Shown here: positions 30,873 through 39,890 of the stretch, piece by piece
Position numbering within the stretch: the first letter of the stretch is position 1
Layout of the letters: every line of letters begins with the position of its first letter
Assembly (NCBI GenBank): GCA_965223905.1
Contig: CBDCXV010000011.1
Location: forward strand, 448,001 to 512,000
Direction of reading: 5' to 3'
Source: Candidatus Latescibacterota bacterium
Lineage (GTDB): Bacteria > Latescibacterota > UBA2968 > UBA8231
DNA: 64,000 nucleotides
Made by a program: the position numbers and the translations under genes
Notes under the pieces: generated by a model
Databases searched by the model: none
What the model was told of the DNA's origin: nothing
Seen by the model: the letters and a program-made list of their open reading frames with translations, nothing else

Positions 30873-32420
30873 CCCTAACGTTGCATAAATCAGCTTGAAG
30901 GAGGTGGTTGTGGTCAGGCCGCATCCTTCAGTGTATCGAGAAAATGCAACAGATCCTTTTCGATTTTTGGATTCGAGTTCATGGTCAGGGTCAACTCTCC
31001 CTTGGGCTGAGTGAGACGCCCGGCGCGATGCAGGAAGCGCTGACGCAAGGTGCCCAGGGTCTGGAAGGTCCACGCCGCCGGACGTTTGCCACGCGAATAG
31101 TTGGATCGCGCCTGCGCCAGCATCTGCATTTCGCGCCCCAGGTTGTGGGCCATCATCGCACCCAAAGTAACCATCTGGTTTCCGAGCAGCCGTCGGGTGG
31201 GGATCAGATCCAGCCCGGCATGTTGCTTGGCCTCGGCGAAGATCCCTTCCTGAGCGCCGCGGCCATAGTGGAAGAGGAGCACGCTACGTGCCGAGGCTCG
31301 GCTTGTTGGTAACCACAACGCGGTACTCGTGATCGAATGCTCGGGGTTCGAACAGATCCAGTTGCAGCGCTTCCTTGGTCGTGCGCCGTACCCTACGGCG
31401 CACGAAGAGAAACCGGTACGAGGCCGGCCAGCTTTTGGGTTTCCAGTCACTCTCGAAATAGGAGCATTGCTCATCGAGATAGCACCAGCGCTGGCGCGCC
31501 TCGATTTTGTCCTTGAGTAGCGCAAAGCGTTCGAAAGGGACACTGATCGTGCATTCGACGCCATACAGGTCCATGAGGGTAAGCGTGTGTTGGCTGAAGA
31601 AGGCGCTGTCCAGTCGGGACTCGAGCACGGGGTGCGCCAGTTCGTCGCCCACGCGATCGAAAACGTTCATCATGAATTCATGAGCGTCCTTGCTGTCATG
31701 GACGTTGCCGGGCCGGTGAAGGACATCGAAGAATTGACCGGTTTGGGCCACCGTGCAAAACAGGTTGTAGTAGCTGCGCGCCCCTTTTTTCTTGGGATTG
31801 TAGCCGACCGCGGTACCTTCAGCATGACCACAAGTGGAGGACACCGAGCCGTCGAAGTCGAGGGTCAGGCGAGGACAGCGTTCGCGCTGGAGCGCTTGCA
31901 CCACCAAGGTCGAAGACAGGTGGCGCACTTTTTCGACACTGGAATGGCCCATTTTCGCCAGCGTGCGACTGACGGTGGCCACATCCGGCAGGCGACGTAC
32001 GCCCAACAAGCGCAAGACCACGGGATCGTCCCGGTAATAATCGACGTCTCGCAGCCGCCGGAAGCCCAGCAGCAGATGCAAGATGAGCCACATTACAATG
32101 AGATGGGGACCAAAGATCGCTGAGCTATTGGCGGGGAAGCATGGCTTCAGTCGAGCCTTGAGATCCAGGCGCTGGAAGAGGAGTTGAAAAACAATCGTTC
32201 CTGCAAAGGAGGTAAGCTGTTGATCCTCGAAGCGAAGACGCGGGAGCTTGTGAAAACGGGCTAAAATGGCTTGTTTGCTACACTTCACTTGCGGTGTCCT
32301 CCTGGAAGGGGTCGATAAATGTCTTGGTCGACATCATCAATACCCCATTTTCAGAGGCGCCGCAAGTGAAGTGTGGCAGTTCAGAGATGAAAAATGTCCT
32401 GTTTTTATGCAACCAGAGGG
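30873..32420 (-). mobile_element. IS1380-family insertion sequence
   Basis: Terminal IRs CCCTAACGTTGCATAAA / reverse complement CCCTCTGGTTGCATAAA; no target duplication seen. Confidence 0.88.
30914..32288 (-). pseudogene. IS1380 transposase, frameshift near 31300
   Basis: TLDFDGSV, GYNPKKKGARSY, RPGNVH, RLDSAF, then YGRGAQEGIFAEAK in the next frame. Confidence 0.85.
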
Positions 32421-32616
32421 TAACGCCTTGCGTCAACAACCCATCGGCTTGGAACCCATTGACGACGGAGTCTGGGAGGTGTGGTTCGGTCCCCTTAGAC
32501 GGGGTCGCATGGACGAACGACAGCTCACCATCACCGACGCTTTGGGTAAAGCCGCTCGCCGGAAACTGTACACCATGTTGCCGGACTATTCTGTACAGGA
32601 TGTACCCGACCGCTCA
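32421..32616 (+). mobile_element. IS481-like element, 3' remnant
   Basis: Transposase tail PIGLEPIDDGVWEVWFGPL...DER followed by doubled TGTACA..ATGT..CCG end motifs. Confidence 0.65.
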
Positions 32617-33196
32617 ATCCTATTGCTGGTTCATTGGGCCGGCTAAGGCTCTGCTAACATCGGCAGATCACACCTGAAGCGGTGGCCTGGTTCCACGTGA
32701 CAGGAGGAACAGAGATCGAAACAAGCTGTGTTTCAGTTTTTGCCTGCACGTTCGTGTGGAAGCCCCGAGAGGAGATTTTGTGGTGGACATGGAACCTGCC
32801 ACCCCAGCCATTCCTCCAAGACTCCGCACAAGTGGCAGGTGTAAGGGATCCAATCCCTGGCTTTGGCTACTCTTTATTTATCGCTCAGTTGCTCCACGGT
32901 TCATCTGCCGGGGATCCTGAGGGACGGGTGTAACGGAGAAAAACGTGGCCTCTTCAAGGCTTTGTAACAGGAACTGCTCCAGATGGGACCTGAGTTCGGC
33001 CTGATGAAACCAATCCGGTATCTCTACCTCGTTCCACTTTCCAGCTTTTCAGCTTGTACGAAGAGGACTGAAAATTTGTGCCCTTGCACTCTAGCTCCAT
33101 GTGTATGCCGACCCTCTTGGACGGGGTCCAACCCCTTCCCTTACACCTTTGACATCCGGACTTGCAGAAAGCACCGAATGGACGAGGAGGTCCTCC

Positions 33197-33225
33197 TTGC
33201 CAAAATGGAATAGCGCCGCTATATT
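33197..33225 (+). promoter_or_regulatory. Candidate sigma70 promoter for rpsT
   Basis: TTGCCA-17 bp-TATATT. Confidence 0.6.
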
Positions 33226-33372
33226 CCGCCTCCTGTGCCTGTTCGAGATCAGCGATCCATTTGACTTCTTGTTGACTTCTTGACTTCGGTCCCGGACAGT
33301 TGGGATAGACTGATCGGATATTGATGCCGAACGGGAGAAGGGCGCTTCTCGAAAAAGAGAGGAAGGAACAGC

Positions 33373-33636
33373 GTGCCCAAGCTGAAATCTTCAAAAAAAC
33401 GACTCGCCAAGAGCTTTGCGCTGAGAACGAGAAATCGAAGCTACGTATCAGCAGTACGAACGGCCGTGAAGACTGTCTACACGGCAGGCGATGCCGAGAC
33501 GGCGCAACTGGCCCTCATATCAGCAGTGTCCATAATTGACAAGACTGCGAGAAAGGGGAAACTCCACTCGAAAAGGGCAGCGCGCACCAAGTCGAGGCTT
33601 ACGAGACGAGTAGCTAGTGTCCCGTCGCAGAGATAG
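33373..33636 (+). CDS. rpsT: 30S ribosomal protein S20 (C-terminus altered by MITE)
   Basis: MPKLKSSKKR...RNRS...IDKTARKGKLH.KRAARTKSRL; GTG start after GAGGAAGG. Confidence 0.93.
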   Translation: MPKLKSSKKRLAKSFALRTRNRSYVSAVRTAVKTVYTAGDAETAQLALISAVSIIDKTARKGKLHSKRAARTKSRLTRRVASVPSQR

Positions 33637-33779
33637 ATTGACAAAATTGGGACGCTCAGGCGCCGGCTCACAAGGCGCCTGAGCGAGTCGTACCGAGTGT
33701 GTACGGCGAGTGAAAGCAAACGCCGTGAGCCGGGATATCGGCGTCCCAATGTCGACATATTTCTGCGACGAGACACTAG
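33614..33779. mobile_element. Palindromic MITE with IS630-type ends, at a CTAG site
   Basis: CTAGTGTCCCGTCGCAGAGATA ... TATTTCTGCGACGAGACACTAG; both ends match the left end of the IS630 at 34652. Confidence 0.9.
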
Positions 33780-33820
33780 TATGGCCTGAGCAGGTGGCAA
33801 CCAGACGCGATCCTGGATCG

Positions 33821-33856
33821 ACCCCGCGCTTCCTCAGTGAGGCTGCGGGGTTTTTT
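33821..33856 (+). terminator. Rho-independent terminator of rpsT
   Basis: ACCCCGC...GCGGGGT stem followed by a T run. Confidence 0.8.
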
Positions 33857-33910
33857 GCGATCAGTAAGTAGAAAGCACGCAGTTGATCGCTGTTGTATGT
33901 AAAGGACAAG

Positions 33911-34175
33911 GTCGAGTAGCTCAGCCATTCGGCTTTGCCCTCACAGATCCGTACCTACGGCTTTACCGCATACGGCTCCTTTCGAAGGTAACGCGTTGCA
34001 CCAAAGTCACAACGGGCCGCAGTGGGTGATCCGGGGTGGCGGCAGAGAGAAGAACAGTAGCAGGTCCTGAAAGCGGTTCCATGTCAGCCCCCCGTCGACT
34101 TCGCTTGCGAAGACTGCGAAACAACAGTCGCTTGACCTCGTAGTAGAACGAGTTCAAAGCCTTCGCAACATTCTA
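33911..34175 (-). mobile_element. Group II intron 3' remnant (maturase C-terminus, domains V and VI)
   Basis: Minus strand GAGCCGTATGCGGTAAAGCCGTAGGTACGGATC (DV, AGC triad), then TGTGAGGGCAAAGCCGAATGGCTGAGCTACTCGAC (DVI, ends in AC); upstream FYYEVKRLLFRSLRKRS..TWNRF..LPPPRITH. Confidence 0.88.
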
Positions 34176-34278
34176 AACTTCGTGGCTGACTTGCTGCATC
34201 CCATACGACTGAGGTGGACCCCGGAATTCGGACAGTTACGTTAGGTGGATCCAACCCCTCTACGGAAGGACTGGAGAC

Positions 34279-34560
34279 ATGGGAAAACGACGTAGCTTTT
34301 CCACCCAATTCAAGGCCAAAGTCGCCTTGGAGGCCCTGGTCGGCGACCTGACCCTGGCCGAGCTGGCTGCCAAGCACAACCTGCATCCGAACGTGATTGC
34401 CCAATGGAAACGGCAGGCCCGGGAGAGCCTGCCCGAGGTCTTCGCCCGCAAGACCTCTTCCGGCGCCGCCGACCATGAGGCGGAGGTGAAGGCGCTGCAC
34501 GCCAAGATCGGGCAGCTGACCGTCGAGAACGATTTTTTGTCACGCGCCTTCGGTCGTTGA
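34279..34560 (+). CDS. IS3-family transposase OrfA
   Basis: RRSFSTQFKAKVALEAL...LHAKIGQLTVENDFL. Confidence 0.9.
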   Translation: MGKRRSFSTQFKAKVALEALVGDLTLAELAAKHNLHPNVIAQWKRQARESLPEVFARKTSSGAADHEAEVKALHAKIGQLTVENDFLSRAFGR

Positions 34561-34651
34561 GCTGCGACCGAAGGGAAGCGATAATCGATCCGGATCATCC
34601 CCGGCTCCCTATCGTGCGCCAGTGCACCTTGGTCGCCCTCTCGCGATCCAC

Positions 34652-35825
34652 CTAGTGTCCCGTCGCAGAAATAACTAGCGTAATATCCGCTTCGTGGGTA
34701 TTTTTCTCCAAGGACCTTTTCCGAAGGAGAGCCCCGATGCGATCAGGACGCCCGTTGGTTCCGTTTGAATTGAGTGAATCGACCCGAAAGCAATTGCAAT
34801 CCCTAGTCCACTCCCGCAGTACTCCCCAAGGTCTGGTTCGTCGGGCAGAGATCGTTCTGCTGGCCGCCGACGGGTGGCCCAACCTGGCCATTGCCAGCTG
34901 TTTGTCCACTTCGCCGGCGACCGTTGGAAAATGGCGCAAGCGCTTTGTGGAGCAAGGTCTCATGGGCCTGTATGACGAGCTGCGTCCGGGGGCGCCGCGC
35001 TCCATCGATGACGAGCAGGTGGCAGCGGTAGTATACAAGACGCTCCACGAGAAGCCCGAACACCAGACCCAGTGGACGGTGCGCTCCATGGCGGCCGCGT
35101 CGGGGATATCCAAGGACACGGTGCATCGCATCTGGCGCACTTTCGGCTTGCAGCCCCATCGGCAGAAGACCTTCAAACTGTCCACCGATCCCTTCTTCGT
35201 GGAGAAAGTGCGCGACATCGTCGGTCTGTATCTGCATCCTCCCGAGCATGCCCTGGTGTTATGCGTAGACGAGAAGAGCCAGATCCAGGCCCTGGAGCGC
35301 ACTCAGCCGTTGCTGCCTTTGGGCCTGGGCTATGTGGAAGGGGTAACCCACGACTACAAACGCCATGGCACGACCACCCTGTTTGCGGCGCTCAACATCG
35401 AGAGCGGAGAGGTCATAGCGCAGTGTAAGCCGCGCCATCGGCATCAGGAATTTCTCCAGTTTCTTGGCCACATCAAGGCTCAGGTACCGGCGCATCTGGA
35501 CATTCATCTGGTGGTCGATAACTACGCTACCCACAAACACGCCAAAGTAAAGCAGTGGCTGGCTCGACACCCCCGCTTCCACCTCCATTTCACCCCGACC
35601 TATGCGTGCTGGCTCAACCAGGTGGAGATCTGGTTCGGCATCCTCACGCGGCGGACGATTCGACGCGGCTCCTTCAGGAAGGTGAAGGAATTGATCCGTC
35701 GCATTGAGCACTTCACGGACCATTGGAACCAAAAGGCCCACCCCTTCGTATGGACGGCCACGGCCGATTCCATCCTCGCAAAGATCAAAAGATTTTGTGA
35801 GCGAATTAATGAGACAGGACACTAG
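34652..35825 (+). mobile_element. IS630-family element 1 (apparently intact)
   Basis: CTAG at both ends; imperfect IRs TGTCCCGTC / GACAGGACA. Confidence 0.9.
34737..35825 (+). CDS. IS630-family transposase
   Basis: CVDEKSQIQAL, HDYKRHGTTTLFAAL, VDNYATHK, WLNQVEIWF; stop codon is the terminal TAG. Confidence 0.93.
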   Translation: MRSGRPLVPFELSESTRKQLQSLVHSRSTPQGLVRRAEIVLLAADGWPNLAIASCLSTSPATVGKWRKRFVEQGLMGLYDELRPGAPRSIDDEQVAAVVYKTLHEKPEHQTQWTVRSMAAASGISKDTVHRIWRTFGLQPHRQKTFKLSTDPFFVEKVRDIVGLYLHPPEHALVLCVDEKSQIQALERTQPLLPLGLGYVEGVTHDYKRHGTTTLFAALNIESGEVIAQCKPRHRHQEFLQFLGHIKAQVPAHLDIHLVVDNYATHKHAKVKQWLARHPRFHLHFTPTYACWLNQVEIWFGILTRRTIRRGSFRKVKELIRRIEHFTDHWNQKAHPFVWTATADSILAKIKRFCERINETGH

Positions 35826-36939
35826 TGCACCGCGGCAGAAAAGTGTCCGCCTATTCAGGCGACGAGGGCGCGGCCGGTGTAGGTCCACTTGAAGGGCTTG
35901 GCCAGGGTGCGGTTGAAGTATTCGATGAAGGCCAGAACGCGCTCTTTGAGCTGGTCCACCGAGGCGAAGCTGGCGCGCTTGAGCAGACGCCGAACCAAGA
36001 TGCTGAACCCCAGTTCGATCTGGTTGAGCCACGAGGCGTGTTTTGGGGTGTATACGAAGCGAATGCGATGGCGGGGATCGGCCAAGAAGGCGGCCCGGCT
36101 CGCGGTGGATCGCAGGATGCCCCGACGGTCCTTCTTCCCCAGATCTTCACGTCACACAGGTCGGCGACCAGGCGGACCAGGGATTCGGATGGGTGCGTGT
36201 TGAGATGGTCGACGATGAAGATCCACTCCCCATCCCAGTCCCTCGCCAGCGTCTGCCGCACGTGGTGGGCGAAGTCTTCTTCGGTGCGTGTGGAAGACAG
36301 GGTGGGCGCCACGATCTGCCCGGTGGCGACCTCGAAGTTGGCGATCAGACAGTGGGTGCCGTGGCGGATATAGTGCTGCTCCTGACGCTCGACGTATCCG
36401 GGCACGGGCCGTCGGGTAGGATGAGCCCGCTGCCTTTGCCTGCCTGCCGGTCTTCTCGTCGCAGCACATAGCGATGATCTGTACGATCTGCTCCGCACGG
36501 AAGTCCCCCCGGCGCCCCGAACGAGGCGCGTCCACCAGGAGAGCCCCGATGTAGCGGCTAAGAGCCGCCGGCGAGTGCTCCTCGGCGCGCGCCAACGGCT
36601 CTCGGGCTCGAGCCCAGCGTTGGCGCCACAGGCTCACCGTGTCTCGGTTCAGGCCCAACTGTCTCGCCAACTCTTTATTGGTTTTTCCGGTGCCGGCAGC
36701 CAGGATGATCCGAGCCCGTTCGGCCACGCGTTGCTCCCCTGTGGGCCGACGAATCCGACGCTTCAACTCCTCCTCCTGGCCAGCACTAAGTTCGATGATC
36801 GCGGCTTTGCGACCCATGACGACGTGCTCCTGGCAACTGGCGGGGAAACCGTCGTGGGAAGCGGATGAGATGCTACAGGGGTACATCCGACACCCCCAAA
36901 AGATACCTATGCGGACACAATTTCGCCCGGATGCACTAG
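35822..36939 (-). mobile_element. IS630-family element 2 (degenerate, frameshifted transposase)
   Basis: CTAGTGCA... ends with GTGTCCGC subterminal IR; fragments DAPRSGR, YIRHGT, VDHLNTHPSE, TPKHASWLNQIE in three frames. Confidence 0.85.
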
Positions 36940-37688
36940 TACTACGCGGGTCGAGGGGAAAATTCCTTCAACCGGCAGTTGATGCGCGGCATCGACGAGC
37001 AGTTTCTGGCCACGCCATGGTATGGGTCCCGGCAGATGACCCGTCACCTGCGGCGCCAGGGTTATGAAGTCGGCCGCAAGCGGGTGCGTCGACTGATGCG
37101 GCAGATGGGGCTGACGGCCATCTACCGCAAACCACGGACATCGGCGCCGGATGGATCTCATCGGGTCTATCCGTATCGGCTCGGCCATCTGGCGATCGAT
37201 CGGCCGAAACCAGGTGTGGTGTGCGGACGTGACCTATATCCCGATGCAACGAGGTTTCCATTATCTGGTGGCGATCATGGACTGGGCGACGCGCACGGTG
37301 CTTTCGTGGCGGCTGTCGAATACCCAGGACAGTGCGTTCTGCCGGGAGGCCCTGCAGGAGGCGCTGGCCCGCTACGGAAAACCGGACATCTTCAACACCG
37401 ACCAAGGCAGTCAGTTTACAAGCCGGGATTTCACCGAGGTCCTCGAGCAAGCCGGGGTAGAGATCTCGATGGACGGCAAGGGCCGATGGAGGGACAACGT
37501 CTTTATCGAGCGTCTCTGGCGCTCTCTCAAGTATGAGTGTGTCTATCTGCACGACTTTCAGGATGGACGGCAGGCGCGTCAGATGATCGCAGCTTGGCTT
37601 CGCTAGTACAACGAAGAGCGGCCTCACTCCAGCCTGGCCGAAGAGAGGACGCCGATGGAAGAATACACCCGGCGCAGGGCGGCATGAA
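36940..37688 (+). pseudogene. IS3 OrfB integrase remainder
   Basis: PWYGSRQM, NQVWCADVTYI, FNTDQGSQFTS, DNVFIERLWRSLKYE; frameshift near 37208 and premature TAG at 37604-37606. Confidence 0.85.
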
Positions 37689-37890
37689 CGCGACAGGAAA
37701 CGGGCGGGTGGACAAATGTGCCAAGGGCGGGTGGACTATCCTGCGCCCAGCGAAAACGGCTATCCCGCAGAGTCGGAAAGGAGATCTCAGGGAAACCCGG
37801 AACAAGAAGGACAGGGCAGCAAATTAACCACAAGGAATCCACCTTAATCCTGCTGTCCGGCTGTCCAAAGAATGGGGTCCACCTCTCGGA

Positions 37891-38808
37891 TCAATCGTAG
37901 ACACCAGCGCTCAAGTATCTCAAACCGCTGTCGCAAAGGATGGTCACCACCTGCTTGCCCTCCCCCATTTCTCGGGCAACCTCGACAGCTTTGAACACGT
38001 TGCCTCCGGCTGATACACCTACGAGCAAACCTTCTTCGCGTGCCAAGCGGCGCGACATGGCATATGCGTCGTCGTCACTCACTGTCCGGACCTCATCCAG
38101 GATGTCAATGTCGAGGACTTCGGGGACAAACCCTGCACCGATTCCCTCGATATAACTGAGGCCGGGGTCTCCACCGGACAGTACTGGAGATCCCTCCGGC
38201 TCAACCGCAACCACCCGCATTTCGGGTAAATCTCGCTTTAGGACTCCACCGACGCCCGTAACCGAGCCACCGGTACCTACACCAGCCACAAGCGCGTCCA
38301 CCTGCCCGTTCATCTGTTGCAGGATCTCACTACCCGTTGTGCGTCTGTGTATTTCGGGATTTGCCTGGTTCGCGAACTGCTGCGGGAGGAAGTAGTCAGG
38401 GTTCTCAGCCTTCAACTCGATGGCCCGTTTAATGGCACCTCGCATACCCTCAGACGCAGGTGTGAGGAGAACCTCTGCTCCATACGCCTGCATCTGCAGC
38501 CGTCGCTCGCGGCTTGCAGTGTCGAACATGGTGACGATCAGCTTGTAGCCCTTGACCGCGGCAACCATTGCCAACCCGATACCTGTGTTGCCACTCGTCG
38601 GTTCGACGATGGTACCCCCCGGTTTCAGGTCTCCCGCTTCCTCCGCGGCCTCAACCATCGCCAGCGCTATACGGTCCTTCACGCTTCCTCCAGGGTTGGC
38701 TGACTCGAGTTTCCCCCACACTTCGGCCGCCTCTTTTTCAACCACCCGATTGAGGCGCACGATTGGGGTAGCCCCGATCAACCCGAGGACATTTTCAACC
38801 GTTTCCAT
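37891..38808 (-). CDS. cysK: Cysteine synthase A
   Basis: KLESANPGGSVKDR, EPTSGNTG, QQFANQAN, GVGTGG, IEGIG, DSGLRYLS. Confidence 0.92.
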   Translation of the reverse strand: METVENVLGLIGATPIVRLNRVVEKEAAEVWGKLESANPGGSVKDRIALAMVEAAEEAGDLKPGGTIVEPTSGNTGIGLAMVAAVKGYKLIVTMFDTASRERRLQMQAYGAEVLLTPASEGMRGAIKRAIELKAENPDYFLPQQFANQANPEIHRRTTGSEILQQMNGQVDALVAGVGTGGSVTGVGGVLKRDLPEMRVVAVEPEGSPVLSGGDPGLSYIEGIGAGFVPEVLDIDILDEVRTVSDDDAYAMSRRLAREEGLLVGVSAGGNVFKAVEVAREMGEGKQVVTILCDSGLRYLSAGVYD

Positions 38809-38984
38809 GAAACCGCCTGGATCTGTTCCGGAGTTGCTGGAATCTCCGCAGTAGTCCGCTCAGGAAAATTCCAGTTAAGGGAAGATCTTCTTTGGAGGAT
38901 TCGGTGGCTGCGCGAAGCCCCATATGAGGCATTCCTGCGGGAAATACAACGGCGGAGCCAGTTCGACCCCAAGCCTGTCGAGGC

Positions 38985-39269
38985 TTACCTGTCGCATCCT
39001 CCCGCTATGGAAGGCACGATAGAAACATTGTCGCCGTCCTTGAGTTCCGTCCCTTTGCCGTCCAGGAAGCGAATATCCTCGTCATTTACAAAGATGTTCA
39101 CGTAGGGGCGAATCTCTCCCGACTCGTCTAGCAGTTTCTCCTTGATGCCAGCGTGGGCGTTTTCAAGGCCCTCGATAAGCTCTTCGACGGATGCCGCATC
39201 GATCTCTACTTCGGCCTGATTGTCCGTCAGTTTTCGGAGTGGAGTTGGAACGTTTACGGAAATTGCCAT
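38985..39269 (-). CDS. MoaD/ThiS/CysO-family sulfur carrier protein
   Basis: VPTPLR, YVNIFVNDEDIRFLDG, IVPSIAGG followed by CDR. Confidence 0.9.
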   Translation of the reverse strand: MAISVNVPTPLRKLTDNQAEVEIDAASVEELIEGLENAHAGIKEKLLDESGEIRPYVNIFVNDEDIRFLDGKGTELKDGDNVSIVPSIAGGCDR

Positions 39270-39398
39270 ATCTACCTCCTTTTGCTGTGTGGGATCTTAC
39301 TCGCCGTTTGATTTTCCAGTGAATTGTTGGCATCGATTCCGCTCGAGATTGAGAAGCCAAGGTACGGCCTCTCCAGAATTGTCAAGGCCTCCCGAGAT

Positions 39399-39875
39399 TC
39401 ACGCCCTGCCGACTTCCACGCCTGCTTCTGTGAAATCCCGCTTTTCCTCGTCCCATGCGAACGCCTTGTGGCCGCGGACGCCGTCGCCGAATACGGAGAC
39501 GACAAGATACACGGCATTGGGAAAGGCCGGCTCGTCCCAGGCCATGGCGCGTTCCTTGTCCTCATCGGAGAAGTAGGCATTGCAGTCGATGTGAGAATGA
39601 TAGAATCCGGAAACCCGACCCCCTTCGCCCTCGACCGCGGCAATGATCCGAAATTGTTCCTGAGAATCAATGAAATAGGCGATGCGGGCGTCCCGAGGGT
39701 ACCGCTGTGGATCTTCCTGGTGCAGGCGATCTTGGATGTTCGCACACGGGTGCACCTGCGATATCGCACTACCGCTTCCTGCCGTAAGGATCCCGCAGCA
39801 CTCGACCGGGTGCTGCTCCACTGCATGTTGGACTACCCGCCTCATTCCTTGCTGGCTCAGTCTAAGAACCGGCAT
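39399..39875 (-). CDS. mec: JAMM/M67 metallopeptidase (Mec-like)
   Basis: PVECCG, YHSHIDCNAYFSDED (HxH...S..D). Confidence 0.88.
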   Translation of the reverse strand: MPVLRLSQQGMRRVVQHAVEQHPVECCGILTAGSGSAISQVHPCANIQDRLHQEDPQRYPRDARIAYFIDSQEQFRIIAAVEGEGGRVSGFYHSHIDCNAYFSDEDKERAMAWDEPAFPNAVYLVVSVFGDGVRGHKAFAWDEEKRDFTEAGVEVGRA

Positions 39876-39890
39876 TCTGAACCAACCTCC

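Larger units (their letters stand above)
34210..37886 (+). mobile_element. IS3-family element (inactive), interrupted by two IS630 elements
   Basis: IRs TGAGGTGGACCCC / GGGGTCCACCTCT; orfA intact; orfB split at 34652-36939. Confidence 0.88.

Noticed and set aside
33083-33109. CIRCE-like half site CTTGCACTC-N9
   Set aside because: The right arm (GTGTATGCC) does not match, and no chaperone gene follows
33678-33720. Hammerhead ribozyme inside the MITE (CTGA..GA..GAAA)
   Set aside because: Core spacing is non-canonical (CTGAGCGA; GAAA not adjacent to stem II) and no stem III or cleavage triplet is evident
33821-33911. Class C intron targeting of the rpsT terminator
   Set aside because: The terminator lies beyond the intron's 3' end on the opposite strand; class C introns insert downstream of a hairpin in the 5' exon
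37702-37736. GGGCGGGTGGAC direct repeat (two copies)
   Set aside because: Only two copies, inside the IS3 right end; not a CRISPR array or iteron set
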